Shown here piece after piece: positions 1 through 14,183 of a stretch of 64,000 nt of DNA. Numbering within the stretch: position 1 is the first letter of the stretch; every line of letters begins with the position of its first letter. The position numbers and the translations under genes were made by a program. A model generated the notes under the pieces. The model ran no database searches, was not told where the DNA came from, and saw only the letters and a program-made list of their open reading frames with translations. The stretch is taken from contig CAVQKE010000005.1 in NCBI GenBank assembly GCA_963713045.1, positions 224,001 through 288,000 on the forward strand, given 5' to 3'. This stretch comes from an uncultured delta proteobacterium. GTDB taxonomy: Bacteria; Myxococcota; Myxococcia; Myxococcales; Myxococcaceae.

Positions 1-780
1 CGCAATGTTGCCTTGGGCTTCGACGCTCGTGTATTGCTCAAAAGCAGCGATGGTCCCGAACGAGAGCCAAAATTCATTCCAGTCGTTGCGCAGGATTGGA
101 TAGGCGAGGCCCGCACCGATGTCCAAGCGAAGGTTCAACTGCAACTCGTCATTGTGGTCCACGCCAAACTGAAGCTCAGCGCGCCACTTTGTGAAATAGT
201 AGGTCCCAGTCAACGTTCCTGAGAATTGGCCGACGTGCGTCGCGTCGGAGAACCTTTGCCAGTAGGCATTGAAGTTGAGGGCGCCTCCGAAATGCTGGCC
301 TCGGTATGCAAACTGCCCGTCACTGGACAGGGTCATCGAACTCGATGCCTTGGTCACAGTGAACCCGAGGTCAAAATCTGCCTTGACCCGTGACCAGAAG
401 TATTCGTCCATCGGCGTGATGGCGACAATCTCGAGAAAAGGAAAGGTGTCTTTCGCGTCGGTGCCCACCAAGACCTCGTGGTCGACGGGCGACTGCAACG
501 TGCCCCAGTATTTCTTGCCCGATGCGAGCTCCACTTCAAACGCGTGCACGCTGGTGACGCGGGCAATCTTGTTCCACTTGATGGAGGGACGGTCGGCGTC
601 GTCGGTCTTGAAGTCGAGTTTGCCCTGCAACATCCCCTTAATCTCACCGGTGATGTGGTCACCGTTGTCGAGGATGACGACGTCCGTCTTCTGCGCGTGT
701 GCTGGCGTGGCGGCAAGCAGACCGGTCAGAAGTGTCGCGGCACGGGTGCGCCGCAATAGGCGCGCCCACGGGCATCGCAT
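1..780 (-). CDS. Partial outer-membrane beta-barrel protein (DUF481-like); runs off the window start
   Basis: Not in the ORF track because it has no stop in the window. Manual translation from ATG 780 or TTG 756 gives a signal peptide (RRTRAATLLTGLLAATPAHA), then QKTDVVILDNGDHITGEIKGM...KWNKI, then alternating aromatic beta-strands. Confidence 0.7.
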   Translation of the reverse strand, partial: MRCPWARLLRRTRAATLLTGLLAATPAHAQKTDVVILDNGDHITGEIKGMLQGKLDFKTDDADRPSIKWNKIARVTSVHAFEVELASGKKYWGTLQSPVDHEVLVGTDAKDTFPFLEIVAITPMDEYFWSRVKADFDLGFTVTKASSSMTLSSDGQFAYRGQHFGGALNFNAYWQRFSDATHVGQFSGTLTGTYYFTKWRAELQFGVDHNDELQLNLRLDIGAGLAYPILRNDWNEFWLSFGTIAAFEQYTSVEAQGNIA

Positions 781-919
781 CCCGGGGACCACCGGGAGCG
801 TCGCGCGGAGCGAGGTCCTCTCTGGTCCCATTCCCGCCCTTTAGGCTAGCACCCCGTGCAGACGGCCCAGGAAGTCTGAAACACCGGCTTCTTCCGACCC
901 ACAGTCTGGGCGCGGTGCC

Positions 920-1888
920 TCACTCCGCCGGTACCATCACCGTCGAGGCCGCCGGCGGTCCGTTGCCCGAGAGGAACCGGACGACATTTGGGCCGACGCG
1001 CGCCTCGCAAAACATGGCCGCCACGTGCCCGCACCCGTTGTAGACCTCCAACACCGAGTCGGGGACGGCTCGGTGCATGGCCTCGCCGAGGGCGAGCGGT
1101 GTCAGTGCGTCCTGTTGTCCCCAGACGAGCAGCAGCGGCACCGTCAACGAGGACAGCCGACTGTCCAGGGGTTCACTCGCGGCGCCCATCGACCGCAACG
1201 CACGCTCGATGACCCAACGACGCTTCGCGAAGTGGCGGATGACGTCCTCTTTCACGAAGAGAGGAATTGGCATGGGGTGGGGCGTGATGAGTGCCAGCAG
1301 TGCATCCACCTCGCCCGGCGTCCGGGGTGCAAGCACCGCCACGTCAAAGTCACGGTGGAAGGGGATGCCGGCACTGTCCATCAAGACCAGCCGTGTCACG
1401 CGCTGGGGCTGCTCGAGTGCCACGGTTGCAGCAATCCATCCCCCCATGGAGATGCCGATGAGCGCCACACGGTCGAGGCCGAGTGCCGCGAGAAAGGACT
1501 CGACGAAACGGGCTTGCTCAGGGACGGAGTAGGTGCGGTCCGGTGGTGCCGCCGTGCTGCCGTAGCCCGGGAGGTCCATCGCGTAGACGTGGTACCCCGC
1601 CCGCACCAGGCGGGGAAGTAGGGCAGCCCAGTCGAGCGCTTGAGACCCCAACCCATGGACCAGGACGACGGGCTCGCCAGCGCCGCCCTCGAGGTAATGC
1701 GTCCGCACGCCCTCGACCGTCAGAGAGTGACTATGCACGCCCCACAAGAAGAGACGCGCTTGGCTGAGCGCGAACGCGCAGCGTAGCGGCGACCGAGCAA
1801 GAGTGCCCAGAGCGGCAGCCAGCATGAGGGCGAAGAGGATTCCCCACAGAGGCCACGTCGGGCGGCGCCTCTCACTGTGGTTCGCCAT
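920..1888 (-). CDS. Alpha/beta-fold hydrolase with an N-terminal membrane anchor or signal
   Basis: Motifs VHGLG, DLPGYG, nucleophile elbow GISMG, VWGQQDALT and catalytic His in CGH. Confidence 0.85.
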   Translation of the reverse strand: MANHSERRRPTWPLWGILFALMLAAALGTLARSPLRCAFALSQARLFLWGVHSHSLTVEGVRTHYLEGGAGEPVVLVHGLGSQALDWAALLPRLVRAGYHVYAMDLPGYGSTAAPPDRTYSVPEQARFVESFLAALGLDRVALIGISMGGWIAATVALEQPQRVTRLVLMDSAGIPFHRDFDVAVLAPRTPGEVDALLALITPHPMPIPLFVKEDVIRHFAKRRWVIERALRSMGAASEPLDSRLSSLTVPLLLVWGQQDALTPLALGEAMHRAVPDSVLEVYNGCGHVAAMFCEARVGPNVVRFLSGNGPPAASTVMVPAE

Positions 1889-2037
1889 CCCTCTCGCTCC
1901 TTGGCCAACCAAAAGCCGGCGGAATGTAGCCGCCCCGCGGCAGTCGGCGGGGCTTTCATGACGGGGCCCCCCGGAAGTCAGTGCGAAGTGCCCAGACGGT
2001 GCCCCTCCCCTTCATGGGCGACTCGCCGCCCCGGTGC

Positions 2038-2733
2038 TCAGTCCCTCCGCATCGCGAGGGAGGCCGCCTCTCGCGCGTGAAGCGCCGTCGAGTCGAAGAC
2101 TCGGAAGGGGACGTCTTCCGGGCCGAGGCCCATCGCCAACTCGGTGCAAGCCAGTAGGACACCCTCGGCGCCCTGGGCGATGAGCGCGGTCGCAATTCGA
2201 CGCAACTCGCGCCGCGATGATTCCTCGACGCGGCCAAGAACGAGTTCGTCAAAAATGATGTGGTGGAGGATGGCCCGGTCCTCTTCGGCTGGAATGACCG
2301 AGTCGATACCATGCGCCGCGAGACGTTCCTTGTAGAAGGCCTGCTCCATCGTAAAGCGCGTGGCCAAAAGCCCCACCCGTCGCGCGTGGGCGCGTTGGAG
2401 TTCCCGCGCTGAGGCGTCAGCGATGTGCAGGAACGGAATGCGCACCCGAGCCTCAATCTGGGGAGCAACGCGGTGGAGGGTGTTGGTACACAGCACCAAA
2501 AGCTGTGCGCCGGCGCCTTCGAGGGTCGCCGCGTCAGAAGCCAGTCGCTCCCCAAGCTCATCCCAGCGTCCGGCGTGCATCAGCGTCGCCACCTCGGCAA
2601 AATCGACGCTGAGGAGAAGGATTTTCGCCGAATGAAGGCCTCCCAGTTGCTCCGCCACCATTCGATTCGCAATGTCGTAATAGGGCATGGTGGACTGCCA
2701 ACTCATCCCGCCAATCATCCCCAGCGTCCTCAT
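2038..2733 (-). CDS. Aspartate/glutamate racemase family protein (YgeA/RacX-like)
   Basis: MRTLGMIGGMSWQST start; both catalytic Cys motifs are present (LCTNTLH and ACTEL). Confidence 0.9.
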   Translation of the reverse strand: MRTLGMIGGMSWQSTMPYYDIANRMVAEQLGGLHSAKILLLSVDFAEVATLMHAGRWDELGERLASDAATLEGAGAQLLVLCTNTLHRVAPQIEARVRIPFLHIADASARELQRAHARRVGLLATRFTMEQAFYKERLAAHGIDSVIPAEEDRAILHHIIFDELVLGRVEESSRRELRRIATALIAQGAEGVLLACTELAMGLGPEDVPFRVFDSTALHAREAASLAMRRD

Positions 2734-3083
2734 CGGCTGCTCACCCTCACCCTTCCTGGCCGCAGGGAACTGCCCAGCCGCGCCCAAACGTTCCCGTAAC
2801 GCGTGGCAGCGATTCTTGGCATCATCCTGGCCCTGGCGGCTCCGGCGCCATCACAGTTGGCCCTTTTCAGAACGAAGCAGGGCCGCAACCGTTTCCTCGC
2901 GCGCACGCCACGCTTTGGCTTTCCAGGCCTCTGAGGATGGAACCCTCCGGCGGAAGTGATTCCGGAGGGCGCACCATGAAAAGCATTGAATTTGCGTTGG
3001 AGGGATAATCTGCGCGTCGACCGCTGACTGACCGAGTTTGGTCCCGTTCCTCGTCGGTGATTCAAGAAAGCGCAGCAACGACA

Positions 3084-3117
3084 ACGGCCGGTGCCCCCGT
3101 GAAGGGACACCGGCCGT
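3084..3117 (-). terminator. Probable intrinsic terminator of the rRNA operon
   Basis: 14-bp GC stem ACGGCCGGTGTCCC / GGGGCACCGGCCGT just downstream of 5S; the U-tract is weak (TGTCGTTG). Confidence 0.65.
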
Positions 3118-3133
3118 CAGGACGTCAAAAAGA

Positions 3134-3250
<117 letters not shown>

Positions 3251-3402
3251 AAGCTTAACAGCATACGAAGGGCAGATGAATTTCAATTCTTGCTAAGAAG
3301 CGCTCGATCAGCGTCTCGCTTGGGCAATGAGCCCAAGCAGAGCCTCGACCTTGACCTCGAGTCCCGTACTCCCCGTGGGGGAGCATGCAAGAAACAGAGG
3401 TA

Positions 3403-6376
<2,974 letters not shown>

Positions 6377-6574
6377 CCTTTGTTTCTCGTGTTTCACGCC
6401 CCTCCGGGCCGTAGCCCTGGGGATTGTTGAAACTCGAGATCAAGGTCCAGGCCCCTGGCTCTTCGCCACGGGACGCCTGATCGAGAATTATCCGTCCATC
6501 CTGGGTTCCTCCTCCCGGAGGTACCTGCTGGACGGCTCCTCAGCAAAAATTGAAATTGTTCTACCCTTCGTATG

Positions 6575-6590
6575 CAGTTTTCAAAGAGCG
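6575..6590 (-). promoter_or_regulatory. boxA-like antitermination element upstream of 23S; similar copies at about 6920-6932 and 8845-8858
   Basis: CGCTCTTTGAAAACTG resembles the boxA consensus TGCTCTTTAACA. Confidence 0.65.
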
Positions 6591-6650
6591 AGTCACCGAA
6601 GACGCCTGTAGCTACCGGCTCTCTTCAGTCAAATCGCGTTCACAGGTGTG

Positions 6651-6723
6651 TGGAGCTGATCGGGATCGAACCGACGACATCCAGCTTGCAAAGCTGGCGC
6701 TCTCCCAGCTGAGCTACAGCCCC
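6651..6723 (-). tRNA. tRNA-Ala(UGC), CCA end not encoded
   Basis: GGGGCTGTAGCTCAGCTGGGAGAGCG...TTGCAA...GGTTCGATCC...CTCCA cloverleaf in the 16S-23S spacer. Confidence 0.97.
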
Positions 6724-6773
6724 AGTGGCCGGCATGGTAGCACCGCATCGACCGAGCCATCCAGGTTCGGTGA

Positions 6774-6847
6774 TGGGCCTAGGTGGACTCGAACCACCGA
6801 CCTCGCGCTTATCAGGCGCGCGCTCTAGCCAGCTGAGCTATAGGCCC
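6774..6847 (-). tRNA. tRNA-Ile(GAU), CCA end not encoded
   Basis: GGGCCTATAGCTCAGCTGGCTAGAGCG...CTGATAA...GGTTCGAGTCC...GGCCCA cloverleaf. Confidence 0.97.
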
Positions 6848-7114
6848 GTGGTCCGGCCCGTGGGCGGCGCTCCCAAGAACCCCCCTTGGGATGCGTCCGA
6901 ACCCGATTAAGACTCCCCTGTTTCAAAGAGCGAGCGGCCCTGCCCCTTTTTAGAAACAAAAAAGGGCCGGCTCGGCCTCTCAAAACCAAATAGCAAGTCC
7001 GGTGTCGACTGCACGAGCTGGAAACTGCACGTTGACCAAGTAGACCGAAAGCAACCCCGAGGGGCTGCCGGGATGGGCCATGTCCCTGCCGAAGCAGAGG
7101 ACCCCATCCCAGGG

Positions 7115-8668
<1,554 letters not shown>

Positions 8669-8894
8669 TGAAAAGATTTGGATGTTTGAACTGGCGTTCA
8701 TCAGTGACCCCGAAGGGCCCCTGACACGCTGTTCGTACTACCATCCACGTGCCTGCTCGCCTGCCCTGTCACCAGGAGGGCGAGTGGACGTGGATGTCCT
8801 TGAATTGACTGCGGTTTCCGCAATCGTCTTGGACTTGCTATCCGGTTTTCAAAGACCGAGCCGCTTCCGACCGACAGTTCCAGCGGAACCGGCA

Positions 8895-9233
8895 GTTGTA
8901 CGCGTCCTGTAACGACTTCGTCAAGCTGACCCGCAAAAGCAGCCTCCAATGAGGCACTTGGGCGGGGGGGCGGTGTCTAGCGGACGGCCGACCCCCTGTC
9001 AACTTCACCTATTTCCTAGCGTTGCCCTCCCCCGAGCGACTCCGGGCAGCTGGGCCCGGGGGGAACGATGAAGGGGCGCGCGATGTAGCGGACGAGACCG
9101 CGGCTGTCAACCTCGGACGGAAAGGCTGACCCCCGGCGCTGCTCCGCTGCTCCGCAGAACCACCCAAGAGCCCCGGCTGGGCGCCGGTGGAAACCGCAGA
9201 CAAACAACGTAACCAGGCCCCTTCTCCCGTCAA
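8895..9233 (-). promoter_or_regulatory. Four tandem sigma70-like rRNA promoters
   Basis: TTGACG-16-TACGTT (9233..9206), TTGACA-17-TACATC (9110..9082), TTGACA-17-TAGACA (9002..8974), TTGACG-18-TACAAC (8924..8895). Confidence 0.7.
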
Positions 9234-9235
9234 GC

Positions 9236-9928
9236 TCAGCGCGTCGGACGCCGACCGCGAGCCTTCCGCCCAGCAGCGGGCCACCGGTGCGGCTGAGCGC
9301 GTCTGCGGGGGGCCAGCGCCAGCCGGAGGCCTTCCAGCCGCACCCGGCCCCGACGGCACCGCTCCGCCACGAGGATGGCTTTCAACTCCTTCAGCGCCCG
9401 GTCCACCTCGTCATTCACCACCACGTAGTCGTAGGCCGCCAGCCCCTGCTCAATCTCCGCCCGCGCGGTCAGCATTCGACGGCGGATGGTGTCCACCCGG
9501 TCCGTGCCGCGGCTTCGCAGACGCCGCTCGAGCTCACGCAACGACGGCGGGAGGACGAAGACCAGCACCGCCTCGGGGTAGAGCCGCTGGATGCTCCGGC
9601 CCCCCTGCACATCAATGTCGAAGACGATGACGCCTCCCGAGACCAGCACCCGTTCCGCCTGACCCCGCGGCGTGCCGTAGAAGTGGCCGTGGACCTCCGC
9701 CCACTCGAGCAAATCCCCGCGCTCGATTTTTCGGGCGAAGGTCCGCTCGTCCACGAAGTGGTAGTCCCTCCCGTCGCGCTCGAGACCGCGACGTGGGCGC
9801 GTGGTGACGCTGACCGAAAACTCGGCGCCGTCCACCTCGCGCACCAGGCGCCGAGCAAGGGTCGTCTTCCCCGTGCCGGACGGGGCCGAGAGGGCCAACA
9901 GGAGGCCAGGGTGAAGCTCGGGGGCCAT
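9236..9928 (-). CDS. gmk: Guanylate kinase
   Basis: SAPSGTGKT P-loop, SVTTRPRR, DYHFV, EWAEVHGHFYGT, DIDVQG. Confidence 0.95.
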   Translation of the reverse strand: MAPELHPGLLLALSAPSGTGKTTLARRLVREVDGAEFSVSVTTRPRRGLERDGRDYHFVDERTFARKIERGDLLEWAEVHGHFYGTPRGQAERVLVSGGVIVFDIDVQGGRSIQRLYPEAVLVFVLPPSLRELERRLRSRGTDRVDTIRRRMLTARAEIEQGLAAYDYVVVNDEVDRALKELKAILVAERCRRGRVRLEGLRLALAPRRRAQPHRWPAAGRKARGRRPTR

Positions 9929-10812
9929 TACTCGACGTTTTGCACTTGTTCTCGGATTCGCTCCAATTCGGCCTTCAATTCCACCACCTGCGTCGAGGCC
10001 TCGGCCGATTGGATTTTGCTTCCGGCCGTATTCACTTCCCGGTTCATCTCCTGGAGGAGGAAGTCCAGCTTCCGCCCGACCGGCTCGTCCAAGGCGAGCA
10101 GCGCGCGGAACTGTCCAAGGTGGGAGTCGAGACGCGTCAACTCCTCGGCCACGTCCGTCCGTTCGGCAAACAGGGCAAGCTCCTGCGCCAGCCGGCCTGG
10201 TTCGACGCCAGCCCCGCCGGTGAGCTCAGCCAGCCGCGCGGCGAGGCGGTCCCGGTATTCCTCCACGGCGCGCGGGGCAAGGCTTTGCAGTTGCCGAACC
10301 AGCTTCGCCACCCGCTCCAGCCGAGCGCTGAGGTCTGCGCCGAGCGCGACGCCCTCCCGCTCGCGCATCGCCGACAGGCCGGTGAGCGCTTCGGCGACCG
10401 CCGCCTCCGCCGCCCGGGTCGCGGCGGCCACGTCCACCGTCGGCTCCTCCATCCGGACCACGCCCGACTGCGCCGCCACCTCGGCGGCGGTCGTCACGTC
10501 CGGAAGGCCGGTCAGTCGCGCCACCTCGGCGAGCACCGCGCGCCAGGCCTGCGCCATGGCAGCGTCGACACTGGGGATGTTTCCGGAGGACGTCGCGGCC
10601 GCGGGGCGCAGGCTGAGCTCCACAGCGCCCCGCACACAGACGGCCTTGACTTTCCGCTGTAGCTCCGGCTCGAGCGCCTGCAGCTGACGGGGCAGACGCA
10701 CCTTCACGTCGAGGTATTTGTGGTTGACCGCTTTGACTTCGGCGGTGAACTCCTCGCTGCCGGCGCGGCCGTGTCCAACACCAAAGCCAGTCATGCTGCG
10801 CAGGGTCCCCAA
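9928..10812 (-). CDS. yicC: YicC/YloC family endoribonuclease
   Basis: SMTGFG, VNHKYLD, GRKLDFLLQEMNREVNT, IREQVQNVE; conserved adjacency to gmk. Confidence 0.93.
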   Translation of the reverse strand: MGTLRSMTGFGVGHGRAGSEEFTAEVKAVNHKYLDVKVRLPRQLQALEPELQRKVKAVCVRGAVELSLRPAAATSSGNIPSVDAAMAQAWRAVLAEVARLTGLPDVTTAAEVAAQSGVVRMEEPTVDVAAATRAAEAAVAEALTGLSAMREREGVALGADLSARLERVAKLVRQLQSLAPRAVEEYRDRLAARLAELTGGAGVEPGRLAQELALFAERTDVAEELTRLDSHLGQFRALLALDEPVGRKLDFLLQEMNREVNTAGSKIQSAEASTQVVELKAELERIREQVQNVE

Positions 10813-10875
10813 GCGGGCAGCGTTGTAGGGCCCCACGGCCCCCGCCCGTCAAGTAGTACTGTCCGGCGCCCTTCT

Positions 10876-11979
10876 ATGTCGCCGCTCAAGCGCCTCGAGG
10901 GCTGGGCCAAGCGAGCACTGGCGCTCTTGGCCGCAGCCTTTTTTTTCCGCCCGTCCCGCCGCGCGCGCGCGCCGGGCCGGCTCGCCGCGGCGCGGCGCGT
11001 TCTTTTGGTGCGCGTGGATGACCGGATGGGCGAAGCGCTTCTCCTCACCCCGCTGCTCTCCGCCCTGAAAGCCCGCGTCCCGGCTTTCCACGTCCAGGCG
11101 CTGGTCCACGCCAGCTGCGGCCGGGTGCTGGAAGGGCACCCCGCGCTGGACGGCCTTTTGACGCTGGACCGCCGCGCCCTCTTCCTCGGGCCGTTGGCTC
11201 CCGGCATCCGTGCAGCCCGCAGGCAGGGGCCCTGGGACGTGGTGGTGGATTGCGGAAACTGGGAAGTGCCCTCGGTCACGTCCGCGCTGGTGGCGCGCGC
11301 CTTGGCTGCCGGGGCCATCCTCATCGGGCCGGACGTCTGGCCCACCGGGCTCCTCGACGACGTGCCGGTGCGGCCTCGGGCCGACACGCGCTCCGAGGTG
11401 GGACAGCGGCTTCACCTTCTTTCACCGCTGCTGGGGGAGGTGCCACCCGCCAGGCCCTCTTTCCGCAGACCTCGACCGGCGGAGCCGCTCCGTCCACTGC
11501 TGGCAGAGGTGGCTGCGCGACCGCATGCCGTCCTTGTTCCCGGCGGGCGCCTCGGCTGGCGCCGGATTCCTCCGGACGCATTTGCCGCCGCCGCCCGCGC
11601 CCTGAGCGCACTCGGCCGTCGTCCCCTGGTGGCATGGGGGCCTGGGGAGGAGGCTTTGGCCCAGTCGGTCGTCGCGGCAGCTCCTGGCGCCGTCCTCCTT
11701 CCAGCCACGGACCTGGACGCCCTCGCCGCCGTGCTGGGCGCCGCCGGCTGCACGGTTTGCAACAACAGCGGGCCGTTGCATCTCTCGGTCGCGATGGGCG
11801 CCCCGACCCTCGGCCTATTCCTCAAAATGGACGCTGCGCGCTGGGGGTACGCAGAGGCACCGCACCAAATGCTCGACCTGACGCCGGCGTTCGAGCGGGG
11901 CGAGCCGCTCGAGGCGCTGGTGGCCGAAGCCACCGTGTCGTTCGCCCGGATGCTGCCCGCTCCCAAAGAAGGCTGGTAG
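10876..11979 (+). CDS. Glycosyltransferase family 9 (LPS heptosyltransferase-like)
   Basis: RMGEALLLTPLLSALK and CNNSGPLHLSVAMGAPT motifs; lies next to the ADP-heptose synthesis genes. Confidence 0.85.
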   Translation: MSPLKRLEGWAKRALALLAAAFFFRPSRRARAPGRLAAARRVLLVRVDDRMGEALLLTPLLSALKARVPAFHVQALVHASCGRVLEGHPALDGLLTLDRRALFLGPLAPGIRAARRQGPWDVVVDCGNWEVPSVTSALVARALAAGAILIGPDVWPTGLLDDVPVRPRADTRSEVGQRLHLLSPLLGEVPPARPSFRRPRPAEPLRPLLAEVAARPHAVLVPGGRLGWRRIPPDAFAAAARALSALGRRPLVAWGPGEEALAQSVVAAAPGAVLLPATDLDALAAVLGAAGCTVCNNSGPLHLSVAMGAPTLGLFLKMDAARWGYAEAPHQMLDLTPAFERGEPLEALVAEATVSFARMLPAPKEGW

Positions 11980-12042
11980 CGAATTTCACTTCTGAGACCG
12001 TCTTGTGTCGCCTTCGAGAAGAGAACGGTCGTCGAAGGCGCC

Positions 12043-12321
12043 TCACACCGGTGGCCCTTTTTCTGGCGGTGTGCGTCGGATGAGCCAGCGGAGCAGCTGG
12101 AAGACTTTGACGCCGGTGAAGACGACGGACGCGAAAAGCAGGAAGAGGAGCTTGAAGTCCCAGGGCCCGCGGAACGCGTGCACCTCGCGCAGCGCCCACC
12201 ACAAACCGATGACGGCCAACCAGCCGGCGACGGATTCCGTCCGCTTCGAAAGCGAAGCAGCACCTAAGGTGATGACCAGAAGGAGAAGGGCAATGGTCGC
12301 CAACGGGTCGAGCGTCCGCAT
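12043..12321 (-). CDS. Small hypothetical membrane protein (about 3 TM)
   Basis: 92 aa with three hydrophobic segments and an SD-like GGAAGGA upstream; no recognised family. Confidence 0.5.
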   Translation of the reverse strand: MRTLDPLATIALLLLVITLGAASLSKRTESVAGWLAVIGLWWALREVHAFRGPWDFKLLFLLFASVVFTGVKVFQLLRWLIRRTPPEKGPPV

Positions 12322-12503
12322 GAGGTGTGACCGTCCTTCCGCCGCTCGCTCAGCTTCGTTGAGACCGCTGGTCGAAGACGGTTTTGACAGTGTACCGATT
12401 CAAAGCCTCGCGGCGGTCTGAAGCGAGGCTGGAAATGCACACCCACTGCTCTGTCCCCGCTGCGCGAAGCTTTCTAGAAATTCGAGAGACCCGTCCCACA
12501 CCT

Positions 12504-13133
12504 CTAGAAGGGTTCGCCCGGCTCCATCTGTGGAATGCCATCGCGGACCGGGTAGCGCCGGCCGCAGGGCGGACAGCGCGCCTCCCCTTCCTGCCAGCCG
12601 AGGCGGCCGTGACAGCGCGGGCACACCAAGAGGGCATACAGCCGGCGCTCGCGCTCGGCCAGGACGGCCACGGCCCGCTCGGTGGTGCTGTGGCCTTTTT
12701 CGTCCCCAGCAATCGCCACCCGTCCGCCCCAGGCAGCGAGCTCCGCGCGCTCCGGTACCGTCTCGGCCGTGTAGTCCGTGCCCTTCACGTGGAGTTCGGG
12801 ACGCAGCCGGCGCAGCACCGTTGAGACGTCGGCCTCGTCGAAGAGGAGGACGTGGTCCGTGCAAGCCAGGGCTGCCACCACCTCAACGCGCTCGGCTTCC
12901 GGTACCAGGGGACGCGCGGCGCCTTTGGCCAGTCGCACCGAGCGGTCCGTGTTGACGGCGACGACGAGGACGTCGGCCAGGGCCTTGGCCCCTTCGAGGT
13001 AGCGGACGTGGCCGACGTGCAGGAGGTCAAAGGCCCCGTTGGCCAGTGCCACCGTCTTCCCAGCCGCTCGCGCCTCCTCCACCCGCTCGGCGACGGCGTC
13101 GAGGGGCTGCACTTTGTCAAGCGTCCCTGCCAC
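12504..13133 (-). CDS. hldC: D-glycero-beta-D-manno-heptose-1-phosphate adenylyltransferase (RfaE domain II/HldC) fused to a C-terminal Trm112-like zinc ribbon
   Basis: NGAFDLLHVGHVRYL, KGTDY and HSTT motifs, followed by LVCPRCHGRL...CPPCGRRYPVRDGIPQM. Confidence 0.88.
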   Translation of the reverse strand: MAGTLDKVQPLDAVAERVEEARAAGKTVALANGAFDLLHVGHVRYLEGAKALADVLVVAVNTDRSVRLAKGAARPLVPEAERVEVVAALACTDHVLLFDEADVSTVLRRLRPELHVKGTDYTAETVPERAELAAWGGRVAIAGDEKGHSTTERAVAVLAERERRLYALLVCPRCHGRLGWQEGEARCPPCGRRYPVRDGIPQMEPGEPF

Positions 13134-13136
13134 GCC

Positions 13137-14129
13137 TCAGTCCGCTTCCAGCGCAGCCCGCAACTCACTCGCGGGGACGGTGGCCGTGCCCTGCTTCTGG
13201 ACCACCAGGCCGCCCGCCACGTTCGCCAACATCGCCGCCTCGAGGGGCGTTGCGCCAGCGGCCAGGGCGACGGTGAAGGCGGCCATCACGGTGTCTCCGG
13301 CTCCCGTGACGTCGACCGCCTCCCGGGCCCCGTGGACGAAGATGGCGGTGGGTCCGGACTTCTCGAAAAGCGTCATGCCCTTCTGGCCCCGGGTGACAAG
13401 CAGGGCAGAGCAGCCCAACCGCTTCAGCGCCTCGGCGCCGGCGTCCAGAAGGCCGGCGTCGCTTGCCACATTCAAACCGGTCAGGGCTTGAAGCTCCGGC
13501 TCATTCGGCTTCGCCGCAAAAAAACCACCGAGATGCTGCAGCCCATGGCGTGAGTCCACACACACGCGGGTGTGCTGCGCCAGCCGGTGCAACTCCATGC
13601 GGACGGCCTCGCAGACGACGCCGGCCCCGTAGTCACTGACGAGAATGGCATCCGCCTCGGCGGCAGCGGCCCGCAGCTGTTCGACCAGCTGCCCAGCCGC
13701 CCGTGGCGGAAGGGGTGGCACGTTGCCACGGTCCACCCGCAGCATTTGTTGGCGGGTGGTGTTGATGCCCCCAGCCAGGATGCGCGTCTTGGTCTCGGTC
13801 CTGGGCGCGCTGGCCCCGCGTAAGTCGATGCCGGCAGCGTCCAGAAGCCTCCGCACCGCCTCGCCCATGGAGTCGTCGCCGAGGGCACCCACCACCGTGA
13901 CGTCCGCACCCAGCGCCCGGGCATTGGCTGCGGCGTTGGCTGCGCCGCCCAGCTTCACCTCGCTGGACTCATGCCGCACCACCAGCACTGGCGCCTCACG
14001 ACTGACTCTGTCCGTTTGCCCGTAGAGGTACTCGTCAGCCACCAAGTCGCCCAGCACCAGCAGCCGGCGGCTGGGAAAGGCGTCGAGGAGCGCACTGAGG
14101 GAAGCCAGGGGCGGACGGGCAGAAGGCAA
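13137..14129 (-). CDS. hldA: Heptose-7-phosphate kinase (RfaE domain I, PfkB family)
   Basis: DRVSREAPV, GGAANAA, SDYGAG, DVTGAGDT. Confidence 0.9.
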   Translation of the reverse strand: MPSARPPLASLSALLDAFPSRRLLVLGDLVADEYLYGQTDRVSREAPVLVVRHESSEVKLGGAANAAANARALGADVTVVGALGDDSMGEAVRRLLDAAGIDLRGASAPRTETKTRILAGGINTTRQQMLRVDRGNVPPLPPRAAGQLVEQLRAAAAEADAILVSDYGAGVVCEAVRMELHRLAQHTRVCVDSRHGLQHLGGFFAAKPNEPELQALTGLNVASDAGLLDAGAEALKRLGCSALLVTRGQKGMTLFEKSGPTAIFVHGAREAVDVTGAGDTVMAAFTVALAAGATPLEAAMLANVAGGLVVQKQGTATVPASELRAALEAD

Positions 14130-14183
14130 GAGGGCGAAGGCGGTTGTACCGAGGGTTGGCCAAGAGGGCCAGCACCCTGTGGT

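Noticed and set aside
9236..9330. Arg-rich C-terminal tail of Gmk as a new domain
   Set aside because: It is low-complexity and follows a homopolymer run, so it is more likely an indel or stop drift.
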